The position numbers and the translations under genes were made by a program. Shown in pieces: positions 1 through 13,156 of a DNA stretch of 64,000 nucleotides; position 1 is the first letter of the stretch; each line of letters opens with the position of its first letter. Source of the stretch: Blasia pusilla (taxonomy: Eukaryota); contig CM114271.1 of assembly GCA_050084515.1 (NCBI GenBank), forward strand, positions 36,022,001 through 36,086,000, in the 5' to 3' direction. The notes below the pieces were generated by a model. That model was not told the DNA's origin. It saw nothing but the letters and a program-made list of their open reading frames with translations, and ran no database searches.

Positions 1-380
1 TTTTCGGCTCTCGGGTTATCTTGCTAGGCTCTCTTGCTAGTCGTTCGACTGTGGGGTATTTTTGATAGTCGAGCTCTCTTGCTAGTTGTTTGACTATGGT
101 GCTTTTGACAATTGGGCTCTCACAACATTGCAGATTGGGTCTCAGGGATTTTTTTTACAGTCGGACTTTCACGACATTGCAGATTGGGTCTCGAGGATTT
201 TTTTACAGTCGGGCTTCGGATCCCTTGAAGTTTGGCTACTGAGTCGCTTTTGATGGCTGGGCTCGTTTGATAGTACACTCTTTCAGGTCTCCGTAGTTTT
301 TTGACAGTTGGGCTACAGACCCCTAGCAATTCGACTATGGTGTCTCTTTTGACAGCCATGCTGTTATTTGACAGTAAAGA
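1..380. repeat. Degenerate short tandem repeats
   Basis: Recurrent motifs such as CATTGCAGATTGGGTCTC..GGATTTTTTACAGTCGG (126, 175) and GCTCTCTTGCTAGT..GACT; unit boundaries fuzzy. Confidence 0.55.
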
Positions 381-2419
381 ATTTTGGCATAGCAGCTTGG
401 CTCTCAGGTATTGTTGATTGTCGTGATCATTTTGGAAGCGCCCAGAGCTTCTCTGAAGCTATTTTCTCTCCGAGATTTACCTGTCTATAACATATGTACA
501 CCTGGGAAAGTAGGGGCAAAATGAGTGCAGTTAGTACTTGAGCTGAGTACTAAAAGAGGGGCAGGCAGAGACATTCATATTTTCTCAAAACTCTCAAAGT
601 CGCTTTCATTTCAAAGTAAGCAATACATGACTGTCTGATCTACTCTACTCCTGATCGGCATACTCACCCTCTCATAGATCCCAAATTCAGATATGGATCT
701 AAATATTCACTACAACTTCTTTTCCCTTCTGCCCTTTATGTGGCGATTTCTTCGTGCACTGTGGATCATCCCTACGTCTGGTAGGCACACCGGGAGTTAC
801 CGAGGACCTTCCCTTTGATGGTGAGCTTTGCTGATTTCGGTGCCGGGTCATTTTCCGCTTCTTAGCAGAGGATCCCTCCTCGGTATGTTCCCTTTCTATG
901 CGGGGCCTCCTTATGCGATAGGGAGGAGTTCCTTCCTCCTCTACATCGTCTATTCCCTCTCCTCCAACCGGCTTCGGATTGTACCCTTTGTCTGAATCCG
1001 CAGGGTGGACTCTAGCATGCATGGAGTCCTTTATTGCATACTCAAAGCCCGGAGCATGCATGGGGGTGAGTGGCTCTCCCCAAGTAGGACTATCACGGTG
1101 CAACTTGTTCCATTTGCTCAAGCGCATACAGTCCCCTTGAGATATTGGAGACCATTATGTACTCTCCAATGCTTGGAGATCCGATGACTTTACACCGTAA
1201 TGTTTTTTCGAGCTCGTTACCTTGGACACACTCTTTCCTTTCCCTTGTGTTGAATTTTTTGCTGTGATTCTTGTTGCCATCTCTAGGTAGTTTCCGTTCT
1301 GCACCTTTGCTGTTTTGGATGTTGCAGATGTCGGAAGATGGTTAGAATGTGAGGAGCTCTGGAGGTGCTGGAGCGAACGTCGAATGTGGAGCAAGCCTCT
1401 CGAAAAGCCGTTAAAGTTGATGTAGATATCGAGCAGGGTCGGGGACGTCAAGAACGCCGGAGCTGATCTTGAGATCACATCAAGGGCCGCTTAATCCGGG
1501 CAGACTGAGCCTGAATCAAACGCCTCTCTTCGGGAGTACCTGTCAAATAGAATGTCCAGAAACCCAGCTTCTGGTTAGCTTGCTATGTTCATCCGCAACT
1601 ACATAGAGCTCAGTACTTTAGTTCATAGAGCTCAAAGCAATGTAGATTCGTAAAGCAGAGACATGTCTTACTCTATCTAGCAATAAATGAAGTTCAGCGT
1701 GTATGAATGACGCATTAGAGCTTGGTGAATGAATGAGTTCACTTTACCTCAGCAGCCGTTGTGAGAAAAATGGGGAGTGTGTAATTAGTAAGAGGGAATA
1801 AATAAGGGTCAAGTTTGAATTCACAACCCTCGCACTCACAACTTCTCGACAAATGAGAAGCCAATCTCATCAGACGACGCTGGTTTGAAGGATCCAAACC
1901 GTCAAGGACAAAAGGACAGAAATTTGAAACAAAAGTTGCGGCCTAAAATGAAACCCTAAGTCCGTTGCATGTGCTAGGTCGGCTTCAGACGCACGAAAAT
2001 TCCATGTTCGTTAAAAAAAATGTTACAAAAGGCTAGGGCGGCTATGAACAAAACCCTAAAACAGACTGCTTCGGACATAAGCGTGAAACATTCTGGTTTG
2101 CTTGAAGTGCCACATGGCACGAGGAGAGGTGTTTGCGCAGCGAGAAGGGACTCTCCCATAATAGTATAGATGGCCTGGAAGGACCGTAGCCCCGTAGGGA
2201 TCTACTCAAGCAATCAAATTGGGGATGGGGCCTCCTAGGCAAGCAAAGTAGGTGGGGGCCACTCAAGCAAAAACCTATGAGGAAAAATGAGGAATTTTCC
2301 TTGGAGGTTATACCGATATTGATTCATCATTTTCCTTACAAGTTCACAAGGATATTGATTCTTTATGTGCTTTTTTACCTAGAGATGCAATGATTTTAGC
2401 AATCGGTATGTCCCCTACA
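1..2419. mobile_element. Possible LTR-retrotransposon fragment (tandem repeats, broken minus-strand ORF 699-1478, LTR-like end GTCCCCTACA)
   Basis: Two same-frame minus ORFs (1155-1478, 699-1127) split by a stop; TGTAGGGGAC.. on minus from 2419 resembles an LTR terminus. No pol domain is visible, so tentative. Confidence 0.3.
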
Positions 2420-3208
2420 AACAAATACGATTCATAGCTGGGCTACGGCTATATCATGCCTTCTGAAGATTCCCAAGATTCGATGAGAATTCTACCTAAA
2501 ACCTGACGGAGATAGTTTATTAGATCAAAAGACTTCCACTCGGTCCGGAGGAAGTAGGACCTTCCAACGGGTGAGAATCGGTCCTGAGAGGTCGGTTAGA
2601 AACTTCCTTCGATTGCCGTAGACTCGTAGTGTCATGGACTCATGGCAAGACTCGCGAGTCAATATGAGACTTAATTGTTGGACAGTTGTAGCCTTAGACC
2701 GAGGGACCGAAACAATATGGGTCAATAGGATTGAGCTTTTCCGATGTTGGGGCGATTGTACCCAAACTTGCCTGTGGAGAACAATCGGCATTAAGTTACG
2801 ATGCCGGCGGTGGAGGTCCGGCCGCCATATCGGCGTCACCGGAACTTAGGGCTGCAGCCTTACGGGTACGTGGACCACGAGAAGTCGATGAAGTTCCTAG
2901 CATCACGAAGGTGAGAGTGAGCTACATTCTAGGCCGGCTTTACAGGGAGGCATATTAATATCTCGAAGTGGTCCACTTCATCTAGCTTGCGTAGGGTCAT
3001 GTCCAATGGGACATTTGATTTGGATATTATAGTGAATACATATGTTTGTAAATGTATTATTATTGAAAAGTGTCTATTTTATAAATTATTTATTTATTTT
3101 TAATGGTAGGATAAGATAGTTTCAAAAGTTCATTTGAGATGATGAAAATTAATTATGAAAGATAATTTAAATTCGAGACTTCCAATTATATTAGAAAAAA
3201 ATCCATAG

Positions 3209-3268
3209 AAATCGAGTGCAAGTAGACCTGCCCATGTTAAATCGAGTGCCAATAGACCTACCCATGTT
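3209..3268. repeat. 30-bp tandem duplication
   Basis: AAATCGAGTGCAAGTAGACCTGCCCATGTT followed by AAATCGAGTGCCAATAGACCTACCCATGTT. Confidence 0.75.
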
Positions 3269-6200
3269 TGAGTAAGATGCCCCTTTCCTAAGATGGCCTT
3301 CACTTACTCTACTCTGTGAATTCGTTTTTTTATTTCGAGTTCTACTGTTTGAGTTCGTTTTGCTTGATCTGAGCACCACGAAAAGGCCGCGTGGGTTGCT
3401 TACCCAGCTAGAAAATGCGCATCTAAACGGGGCTGGCTAGTTCTAACCTCATATCGTGTATCAACTCCTGTCTAATATCGTCCAAACACCCGACTCCCCG
3501 GGGTTTCAAGGTACAGGAAAGAGAAAGAAAAACACGACCTAAAGTACATGGGGAAGGGGAGATGATGTCAGACATACATCTCTCCATTTGGAAAGAGCTT
3601 TGTCAGTGACCGTGGAGTGCAGGGCGCGAGAGTGTGCCCTGTTCTTACTCTAGCTGCGTGCAGCGCGCGGTTTAACCCGTGGCCCACCGACCTCGTTTAG
3701 CCTCATTTAGCAGGTTATTTCTGGACTGGCTCAAAGAGTACAGATTGCAGACTCTACTACAGACTGCCTGTAATTAAGCGAGACGAAATTGGGGACATAA
3801 TGCGACGCGTCCTTCCATGAGCACCTTCTGCATCTTCTGCAGTTCTGTCGTTTAGGTTTGCGATGGAGATTGCGTACAGTCGTAGCGTCCAGTACTGGTA
3901 AGTTCTGTTTCGTCCGTCCACCCATGGAGTTACGCTACTCTATATGTGATATACTCCATTCAATAGGGATCCTCTTGTGGTATGTGAGGGCTGCTGGCAG
4001 GAATTCGCGCACCCACCTCTCGAACCTACTCGCGAGCTAGAAGGAAGGAAAGAATTCCGCCGACTTCCTTGGCAAGTTCCGGGTAGCTTTTCGAAAGAAC
4101 CGGTGCTTTGCAGGGACGGCATTTTGGAAGTTTTCTCGTTGCCGGTCGACCATGTCCAGTCACCACGGAGATTTGAAATTTCAACCGGCCGGCTTGAAAT
4201 CTCAAATTTCCACCTGGTAGCTCCAGCTGTCACGAAGGGCGTGGCCGCGCGGCCTTCACAGTTAAACGATCAATGTCGGCGAGATTTATGAGTCTGTCCG
4301 GATATATCCCAGGAACACGTATGCCGCACAGTGTTCCACTTGTTCCCTTAACTTGTTACGCCTCATTCTTGGATCATTATCTCTGACGGATTTCACGGCG
4401 GGTTATGTGGATGAGGAACTAAAAAATCTAAGTATCGCCGATCGCGTAACCTGGCATTCGAACTTCGAGTCTTCGAGCACAATTGATTCCCGAAATCATT
4501 CTTGTGCCTCGACGAAGGGAGTCAGATCTTTCGCATCGCGCACCGTCCTCCGAGGCTCCGCGTACACTGTTCTACTCAGGTTGACATAATGTGGGCCGGG
4601 ATCACATCCAGTGAGCTTGGCATGACCCTCGCCGTCGGGCGCCCACTCCACTCCAGATTTGAGGACTGGAGGTGAATTGGTGTTGGGAGTCGACGTAGTT
4701 AGAAATTCCGAGTTGACGTAGACAGTTACTGACGGTCGGTCACCCAACGTGATTCGTGATTCATGACCCACGGGGCATCTCAGGCGTGAGAAAGTCTCGA
4801 CTGTGGACTGTCCACTCGCACTCGGTCCCACGAACCGTTTTCTTCCCTATTATCATCGCACCTTTCTGCTCTTCGCACTGGGAAAGAAAGATGCACTTCG
4901 ATAAAAACGAGTGATGGAAAACCCATCGGAAGTACAAAGAGGGGACCATCTGAAGGCCACAACCGACAGAAAAGGAAGAAGAAGGGGCATTTAGCGACGA
5001 AACTGACTGACAATTCGCAACAACAAGGAGCTATGACTACTACTAAGTGGGCCTCTAGCGCGGCGTCTGGGTGAGCCCGCAAAAATCCCAGTATGGAGAG
5101 TCCTTACATTAAGGACAACCCATTTCTGAGTGGAGATGGAATGAATGATCTCTTGGCGAGGGGATGAAGAGATGTGTCTTCGCCGGGCTCCTTGACTGGG
5201 CCACCACTTGGGGGTTAGGAAATTTTCTCAAATGACAATAGCTCCTAATATTCACATTTGGAACCCTAATATGAACCGAATTTAAAAGATGAATAAAAAT
5301 AACTTCACGCCATGCAAAAAAGGTCCGGATCAAAACGAAGCTCTCATCACGCTCTCCGTTTCGACATGTAGCACGTCTCTTTTTCGTCCCCCTACGCCCT
5401 CCGTCCTTCCTCCCGCCGTCCCCGTCCATGGATGCTGCTCTTTGAGAAAATGAGGACTGGGAGGGAGGACGATTTTCCATCAACCGACAGCATTTATTGC
5501 TGTTCGGGACACTCGCCTTTGGGTAAGTAGTCCTTACATTGCGGAATGAATGATTGGGGAGATCCGGGGTTACGAGTAAGGGTTAAATCTGAGAATATCC
5601 GATTAATTTTAAAGTTGCCTACGAAAAACCGGTTGGATTCGAGGATGCTCTTTGTATTTCGTATCTGAAAACCGGTTCAAAAACCGGAATTTCCGTTTCC
5701 GATTTACCATTCCCGATAATATACCGGGTCCCACTAAAAAACTCCCCGGACCCTGAGTGGAATTGTCTCCGCAATTACGCAATGTCTAACGGACACCATT
5801 CACCGGAGCCTCTCGCACCTCAGTTACATCCCGTGATCTTATGTGGTCGATTTTATTCCACTGTCCAATCTTTTCACGGTGACTATTTTGTTCTATAAAA
5901 CTAGTGTGACCCCCACCACCTCCGCATGACGTTCCAATGCCAAAGCTTGTGCACGTTGTAAGGCCACTAAGATGCATTGCCGAAAATAAGTAGTTGCCGA
6001 TTTTTTTTTTTATAGTAATCTTTAGGGAGACATGATATGATGAGGGAGACACTATTTAGGCATGGGAATCCTTGCCTTTAATACAAACCACCACGGAGAC
6101 ACAATACAAACCATAATATGTATTGATTTGTTACAATACATAGCAAATCAATATAGAGGTATTCAATTTTTGGAATTAATGATAATCCATAATAAATGCC

Positions 6201-7212
6201 ATAAAAGGTTGAGAGGATTCAATACAAGAATATAAGATTAATACGAATCCGCGAATACATAAAGATGGACAATATAAAATGACGAAGAATACATAAAGAT
6301 GGTCAATACCCAATTAATACAAATCCGTGCAACAAGTAAAAGTGTAAGAGTTAAGAGTTATGGATAATACATTAAGACGCGAATACAAAATACGACCAAT
6401 ACGTCGAGAACCTAATCCTATTCATCCAATAATTGGTGTGACTACAGAAAGTATTGGATTCTGCACGTACCTAAGAGGGAACCGAAAAATACAGGCTTTA
6501 AGTTGGGGCCGTAAATATTTCCTCTACCAACCCTTCCTACCTTAGGACACGTACATGGTCATCCGTGGACCTGTCCATCCCTAGGACTAGTAAGACAAAC
6601 ATGTCCGGGCACCCAAACGTGTCGAATTTGTAATGAAGATCTAGGTTTGTTCAACTCGCACCTACTTATAGTCCACATGAAGCTTGCAAGACAGGTTCAG
6701 GCATGCACGGCCTTGAGCCCGCCCAACCTGCCCTACGGGCAGTATGCGGGCTTTATGCGGTGTACAAAATAGGTTTGGGTTGGATGAGCGCGGGTCTATG
6801 TTATATGCTCGGTGGGCTCGGATGTGGACGAGAACCTGTTGGGCATGTTTGTCTCATGGACGGACTTGTTCGTTTCCACGTAACCTTGCTCCCACCCGAC
6901 AACCTTTCTTGCACTTACGCAAGAAAAATTGAGAGTTCAAGGTTTATCGCCCAGCCACTAGGAGACAGTTCAAAATTCTCCATTATCACATCTTTGGTGT
7001 TTACGACCCATACGAATACTCCTTGTCTTCAACCTATCTAAGTGTCTTTTATGAGTTATGTCACGTCTTTTATGATAGATCGGTGAGATCTAGTAGAGCG
7101 CCTTCGTGAGTAATAGAAGACAGGCTCAATAGGTCGAGGATGACCTACTGAGGCTCCGGGAGACCTGAGAGAGCAGGTTTCCTCTTCGTTTCGGCTCATT
7201 TAGGGCCATATT

Positions 7213-8217
7213 GAGGAACTTACTATTTTAGGTAAGTACCATTTTGAGTATATAATTGACTTTATATTTTTTGTAAGTGGCCCTTGACCTCCTACATCAG
7301 GTCAAGAGCTAAGGAGGTGACTTGGGAGCATAGGTTACCATGGAGAGAGCTTGGGAGAGGGGAGGGGTATACCTAAAGGAGAGAGAGCTTGAGAGCTCAT
7401 TCTCTCTTTGTTGAACTTGTCGTGCAAATACACATCGCTGTACAACATACAATGTTGTCATCGAACACACACAAAAACACACACGATCCCATGCTAACTC
7501 ATGGCATCCATACACAGAGGCAAGAAGTACCAAAATATCTCCAATTAAAGTAAGATCCAATCTCTCTCTACACCATCTCACACCATAACTCTCAAAAGTG
7601 TGCACTCTCTCTCATGTCAAACCAAACCCACTCTCCTAATGAGAGGCTTGGGTTATACTCACAAGGCAAGGGACCATAGCTCCGCCGCCTTATGCCAAGA
7701 GGTTCAACAAAGAGAGAATGAGCTCTCAAGCTCACTCTTGGAGGTATACCCCCTTCCCTATCCCAAGCCCTCTCAACGGTAACCTATGCTCGTAGGTCAC
7801 CTCCTTGGCTCTTGACCTGCTGTAGCGGGTCAAGGGCCACTTCCCAAAGTGGAAATTCAACTATCCCCAACATGGAAACTTACCCAAAATAGTAAGTTTA
7901 TCTATATGGCTCCAAATAAGCCGAAATGAAGGGGAAACCTGTTCTCTCAGGTTTCCCGGGGCCTCAACAGGTCATCCTCGATCTCCCGGGCCTATCCTCC
8001 ACTACTCGTGCAGACGCTCTGGTAGATCCCACCGATCTATCTTAACAGTCGTGACAAACCTCTTGGCATGAGGCGGAGGAGCTATGGTCTTGCTTGCCTT
8101 GTGTGTGTAACCCAAGCCTCTCATTAGGAGAGTGGGTTTGGTTTGACATTGAGAGACATGTGAGAGTGCACACATGTGAGAACTATGGTGTTGTGAGAAA
8201 GATTGGATCATATTTTA
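7213..8217 (+). repeat. 5' direct repeat 'B' (LTR-like) of gypsy copy 1, split by solo insertion 7418-8056
   Basis: GAGGAACTTACTATTTT...ATTGGATC.TATTTTA matches 19466-19829 and 43694-44053 once the insertion is removed. Confidence 0.9.
7418..8056 (-). mobile_element. Solo terminal unit (A-B-C, 639 bp) of the same gypsy family, inverted
   Basis: Reverse complement reads TGTCACGACTG...GCACGACA and aligns to 5' segment A, repeat B and 3' segment C; flanked by AACT/AACC (4-bp TSD, one mismatch). Confidence 0.9.
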
Positions 8218-8232
8218 CAAAGAGAGAATGAG
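8217..8232 (+). promoter_or_regulatory. Putative self-priming primer binding site of gypsy copy 1
   Basis: ACAAAGAGAGAATGAG is the exact reverse complement of CTCATTCTCTCTTTGT at 7396-7411; the same pair occurs at 44053-44068 / 43877-43892. Confidence 0.65.
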
Positions 8233-9810
8233 TGATTGAGAGAGCTTCATAGGGGAGCTTGCTGGTTGCTCGATGTTTGGTGCAGGTTGGGGGACCGTAT
8301 TCCCCACTTTATGGTTCATGGGAGTGCTCACCGGAGCAAGAGCCGTGCGAGTTTTCTGTTTTGCTTTGTTGATTTTTGGTACGGGAGAGTGGCACGCGGA
8401 AGCGCTGCCCAATTTTTGATAGGAATTGAGTATGGGGGCGGATTGCTCCATGCTAGTGCTCTCGAGAGCACCATATAGTTTGCTGATTTGTGTCCTTACA
8501 AGTTTTAGATTTTCATTGGGAGAAATTAGGGCGGAAGCGCTACCAAATTTTGTGTAGGAGAAAGAGACATTGGGCTTTACAAAAATCCTTGTCAGTTTTC
8601 ACTCGAATGTCCGATTCAAAATATTTTGTGATAGCGTCGTAGATCGTGAAGCTATACACATTGTGCAATAGATGGTGTGTAATTTATAGTTGCAAAGAAA
8701 AATTTATGGTCAATCTTGCAAAATTGCCATTGATAGGAAATTTTTAGGGTTAAATTGTTCAAACCCTAAACCAGCCGCCACGCCGGCGGCGGCCATCCCC
8801 GTCATAGTCACCATCAACGGTCCACTGTCAATGGTCAATTGTCACCGTCAATAGTCAACCGTTACCGTCAACGGTCCGCCGTCACCATCAATCGTCCACC
8901 ATCCACCGTCCACTGTCGGCTGTTGTCCACCCTTGGTTGCCATTGCCGCCATTACGGAGTAGAGGATCTTCCACGACGCCCGTTGATTCTCTATCTTGCG
9001 CCGCCACCACGTACTTTATTTTGGCCACCATTGTCATCGCATTTTCGTCATCAACTAGTGATGGCAGGTGACCTCGGGTTATGGTGTTTGAGTTTTCATT
9101 TCATGCTGCTATGTTATGATTGGTAGTTGCTCGACGACGATTGAGTACCCTGCCGTGACGCCCGTAGCCGCAATGCGCCGCCGATTGCCGCGCCGTGCCG
9201 CTCGTGGCCGCACCGCACCGTCTTGATCGCGAAGTTGGTCCTTCACTAAGGACCAGAGTGTGTGAATTGCTGATTTTGGAGGGTATGCCATCGAGTGCCG
9301 CACCCCATTCCTGAGTGCCGTGCCATTTGTAGCCGTTCCGTGCTGCCAGTGCCGCACTGGACGGCCGGACCTGCACCGCACATCGAGGAGGTTTGATCAG
9401 CGTCCGTACGAGAGGAGTACGACTTGCTGATTGGAGGAGTTGTCTTCACCACCAAGTTGGGGTCGAGATTGCAATTGTCGAGGAGCGAAATTGACATTAT
9501 TGTCAAGTTACCCATTCTGGTCTCTTACCCTGGACGTGTGAGGGAATTACGCATATTGGGCAGTTATTTGGGGATATTGGGTTTCGTGCAGATGCTTAAA
9601 GCACCATTGATGTATGGGTTTAGGGGACATAGACCTATGTGGGATGTCCAGAGTTGAGGGTATATCTTGTCAATGAGATGATAGGATGGTAGTCGATTGC
9701 CACACCATGCCGCTTGTTGCCGCACAATTCACGTCTCAGTGAGAGAGTGTAGATTGAGTACTGCATGTTAGATTGAGTAATTAAGTGATTACACGCAAGG
9801 TTGAAAATGA

Positions 9811-11345
9811 TTGCGAGAGAGGGGCATGAGGGTCATCACGGGGTCCTTTCGGGATTTTGACAGGCGAGGTAGTGGACCTGAGAGTAGCTCTGGAGGGTTT
9901 ACCCGGAGTGGTGCGAGGTTCCGAGGGCCTCCACGTGAGAGACCACCTCGATCTCCTTCTATGTCATCTTCACACGAGGGAAAGCGTGTAGAGGAGCGTG
10001 TTAATGATCCAATGTACACATTGAGTGATCCTACTAGTTGGGCGTACGAGATGGACGACCAAAATAGAGGACCGCATAGGTTTTCAAGTGCTCTAGGCAC
10101 CGTAAAGCTACACGACTTCATTGCGGAGTTTAGGAGTTGGTATGACTCACAACGGGCTAGGAACTCTAGAGAGTTCAACCTGTTTACATCATGGAACGGT
10201 ATGTTCCAGCATTTAGAGGGGGCGCCCATGGACGATTACCATGAGTTCTCCCACAAATATGCCGAAGAGATTGAGGCATGGCGACTCTACTATGACCCAT
10301 ACTATGTGTCATGGACCGAGCCGTTCCCAGATGAGGAGGAGGAGTTATGAGAGGCTACTTCCTCTTCCACTAGTGATGTTTTAGGAGGGATCACTCGCAT
10401 TGGAGCAATTGCACCCTCTAGTCAGGTTCGTTCAGGTTCAACCCCGTGGTTGAGTTCTTCGCTGAGTTGAGGGCAAGCTACCACGGGGTACGGACGGAGA
10501 AGTTGCGGAGCATCCACGACTTCCAGAGGCGCCCAAGTGAGAGTTTGCATGAGGCTTACACTCGCTTGCGCCGGTTGATCAACATCACTCAAGGGGTGAT
10601 AGAGGCTCAGGCTATCCAGTCATGGTATGCGATGCTGGACCGGATCCTACGGACACGGGTGCGGGAGGGGTGCTTCTTATGAACACCTCCCATATGTTGA
10701 GAGATGTTTTTAGGACTGCTAAGAACATTGAGCGCAACATGGCGGAGGAGAGCGTAACCACCATGGGTTCTGGGCGAGAGCAGTTACGATTGTCTGCACC
10801 ACTTGTGCAGCAACGTGGACTCCGAGATAGGTCAACTGTGACACCACGAGCTCAGGAAAGATATCAGGAGGCCGTGCCACAGAGACGTGCGCCTTCATAT
10901 GCGGCTCAGCAGCACCCACCTACGATTACTTGTTGGTCATATGGTGGAGCCCATCATCCGTGTGATTGCACTCATTAGAGTCACGGATGTGTGCCTCAGC
11001 ATGGAGGAGGAGATGGTGCTGCACCACGAGGTTATCAGTGTGACTATTGTTAGAGGTATGGTCATTCACGCGCCAGGTGTTTCAATTTACATCTTGAGTT
11101 ACGTATGGACCGAGGGCCAGAGAGGGCACCAGAGCATGTAGCCGGTCCGGGTGGGCCTAGAGATCGTGCACCAGGTGGTCCCGTTGGGGGACGAGGAGCT
11201 GGAGTTGTCCGATAGGGTGGCGGAGCTAGCCATGGAGGAGGTAGAGTCCCAGCATCTAGATGCGTTGAGGGAGACGTTGGGCGCGAGGCTAGGATGGCTG
11301 ATTAGATACATCAATTATAGGAGCAAATTTCCGCTATGGCATTGA
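9811..11345 (+). pseudogene. gag (capsid-like region plus two CCHC zinc knuckles), frameshifted
   Basis: EFFAELRASYHGVRTEKLRSIHDFQRRPSESLHEAYTRLRRL (retrotransposon gag-like); knuckles TCWS(Y/C)GGAHH..DC and CDYC*RYGH...RC. Confidence 0.8.
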
Positions 11346-11827
11346 GATTACCTGATGTCGGATTAGTGGCATCGACATCATATGGAACAGCAAGAGATAC
11401 GGAGGATCCTGGTTGGATGTGCGGGATTGCCCAGTTGGAGGCCGCCATAGTTCTAAAGTGTGGAGCAGCCGCAAAGTTGGATCCACAACAAGGGGAAACT
11501 AGGAAATAGACTAGTCTTCCTCAATGTTTCACGTTGTTTGAGGCGATGAAGATCCCATCGATGGGTCTTGATCAGAATTCCTGGAGAGTTGGTGATGTTG
11601 TTGGTGTGCAGGCACGGAGGACGATGGGAGAAGCAAGTATGAAGACTCCTATTGTTGATGCTCATGAGGGGCATGTGTCGAGCTTGTTGCTGGGGGCGGC
11701 CACCGTTGTGTACCGCGCTCCTTTATTTTCTGCTTCCAATGTTATGACATCGGGAAGTACGCCCGTCGAGGTTCTTTGGCTAGCCGCTACGCTATGTGAG
11801 CGTGGAGTTGGAGTTCCAGCATCACGT

Positions 11828-13111
11828 TGTCGTGTCGAGAGCCTTTCTTCGAGCAAGGGCGGGCCTTCTAGCTGCGGTAGATGCGATCGATGCAAGGTGA
11901 ACTCTCTAAGAAGTTCTCCTTTTTCAATACAAAATTATGATGTACGCTCTCCATTCTCTCACGACAGGTATCACAAATGGAAGTGCTGAGGCGATCACTT
12001 CTTCGTAACATCGGACCCCGAAATTCCTAACTATAAAATCCCTATAAACTATTTTACGCTTGTACACGAGGAAGATAGCACAACTAGTGTTAAACCCTAC
12101 TTGAGCAGGCCTATTGACATCCATGGGTCGCTATATAAGGACATACAAAGTACAATCCCATGTCCTTCCATATGTGACGATAGGAAGAATCACCGGAGTT
12201 GGAGATTGGATACCCTGGTTCATGAACGCCTTCCCAAAGTGATAAACTAAATATCGAGTGAACCAGTGTCTATCTACAAAGAGTACCTTGACATGGCATG
12301 GATTGAAGAAAGGAAAGTCGGGCACAACTCGTGCTCCACCCCTATCCATGCTTGACAGACATTCTTTTCTCTCTTCAAGAATGGATTTTGGCGGAATTAT
12401 TCTCCCAAGAGGGGTAATCCACTCTCATTGGGGAATTAACAAGCCAAAACATTCACTATTTTAGTATGACTAAACTCTTCTAAGGTGAAAAACCTCTCAT
12501 CTCCACACACACACACACACCACACTCTAGAAACCTCTCGAAGAATAGATCATGATCAAGTTACTCTCCCAAGAGAGGTGATCCATTCTCATTGGAAGAG
12601 CAAGCAATCCCAAAGCCATACACTCAAGAGAGACACGAGAGACTCAAGATATGGAATAGAAGGTGATGAACCCTTGAAGGTCCCTCCTCTTTATATATTC
12701 AAAAGAGACCCACAAGAGTACGAAATAGAACTAATCTTATCTTGTGCCACATGGGTTCCTCTCAAGGCTTAGCCAATCACATTTTGACACAAGTAAATTT
12801 CTTCTTATCTCTTCCAAAATATCCTCTTTCACCTACTTGATATTTTCCAAATTACCCCAACTAATCTAGCCACCAACCAAGCCTACTTTTTCTTTTCATT
12901 AAAGCACTAACCTCACTACTTTACTTTAATAAAGTCATCCTTTATTTATTACCTCTTTTCCTAAAGTTGGGCCCGCATAAAAGAGGCACCATAAAGAGGT
13001 GTAAACATGGGAATTTCCTTTTCCTAAGCTAATTTACTTAATACTAATAAAACTCTCTCTAACACTTAACTAGGAAGGAGTTTACATACTGGCTGATTTT
13101 ACTATACGACA
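11828..13111. mobile_element. Nested solo-LTR-like insertion (1284 bp)
   Basis: Termini TGTCGT...ACGACA; perfect 4-bp TSD ACGT (11824-11827, 13112-13115); absent at the homologous site of copy 2 (~47647). Confidence 0.85.
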
Positions 13112-13156
13112 ACGTTCAGAGGTGATTGCCGAGGAGGTGATGGACCTGCCCTTGGA

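Noticed and set aside
7309-9657. ORFs within the gypsy terminal repeats and leader
   Set aside because: Frames are not conserved between copies 1 and 2; non-coding repeat sequence.
9718-9738. CGCACAATTCACGTCT resembling a C-A circle junction inside the gypsy leader
   Set aside because: Short, imperfect and not well conserved in copy 2 (CGCACGTTACACGTCG); indistinguishable from chance.
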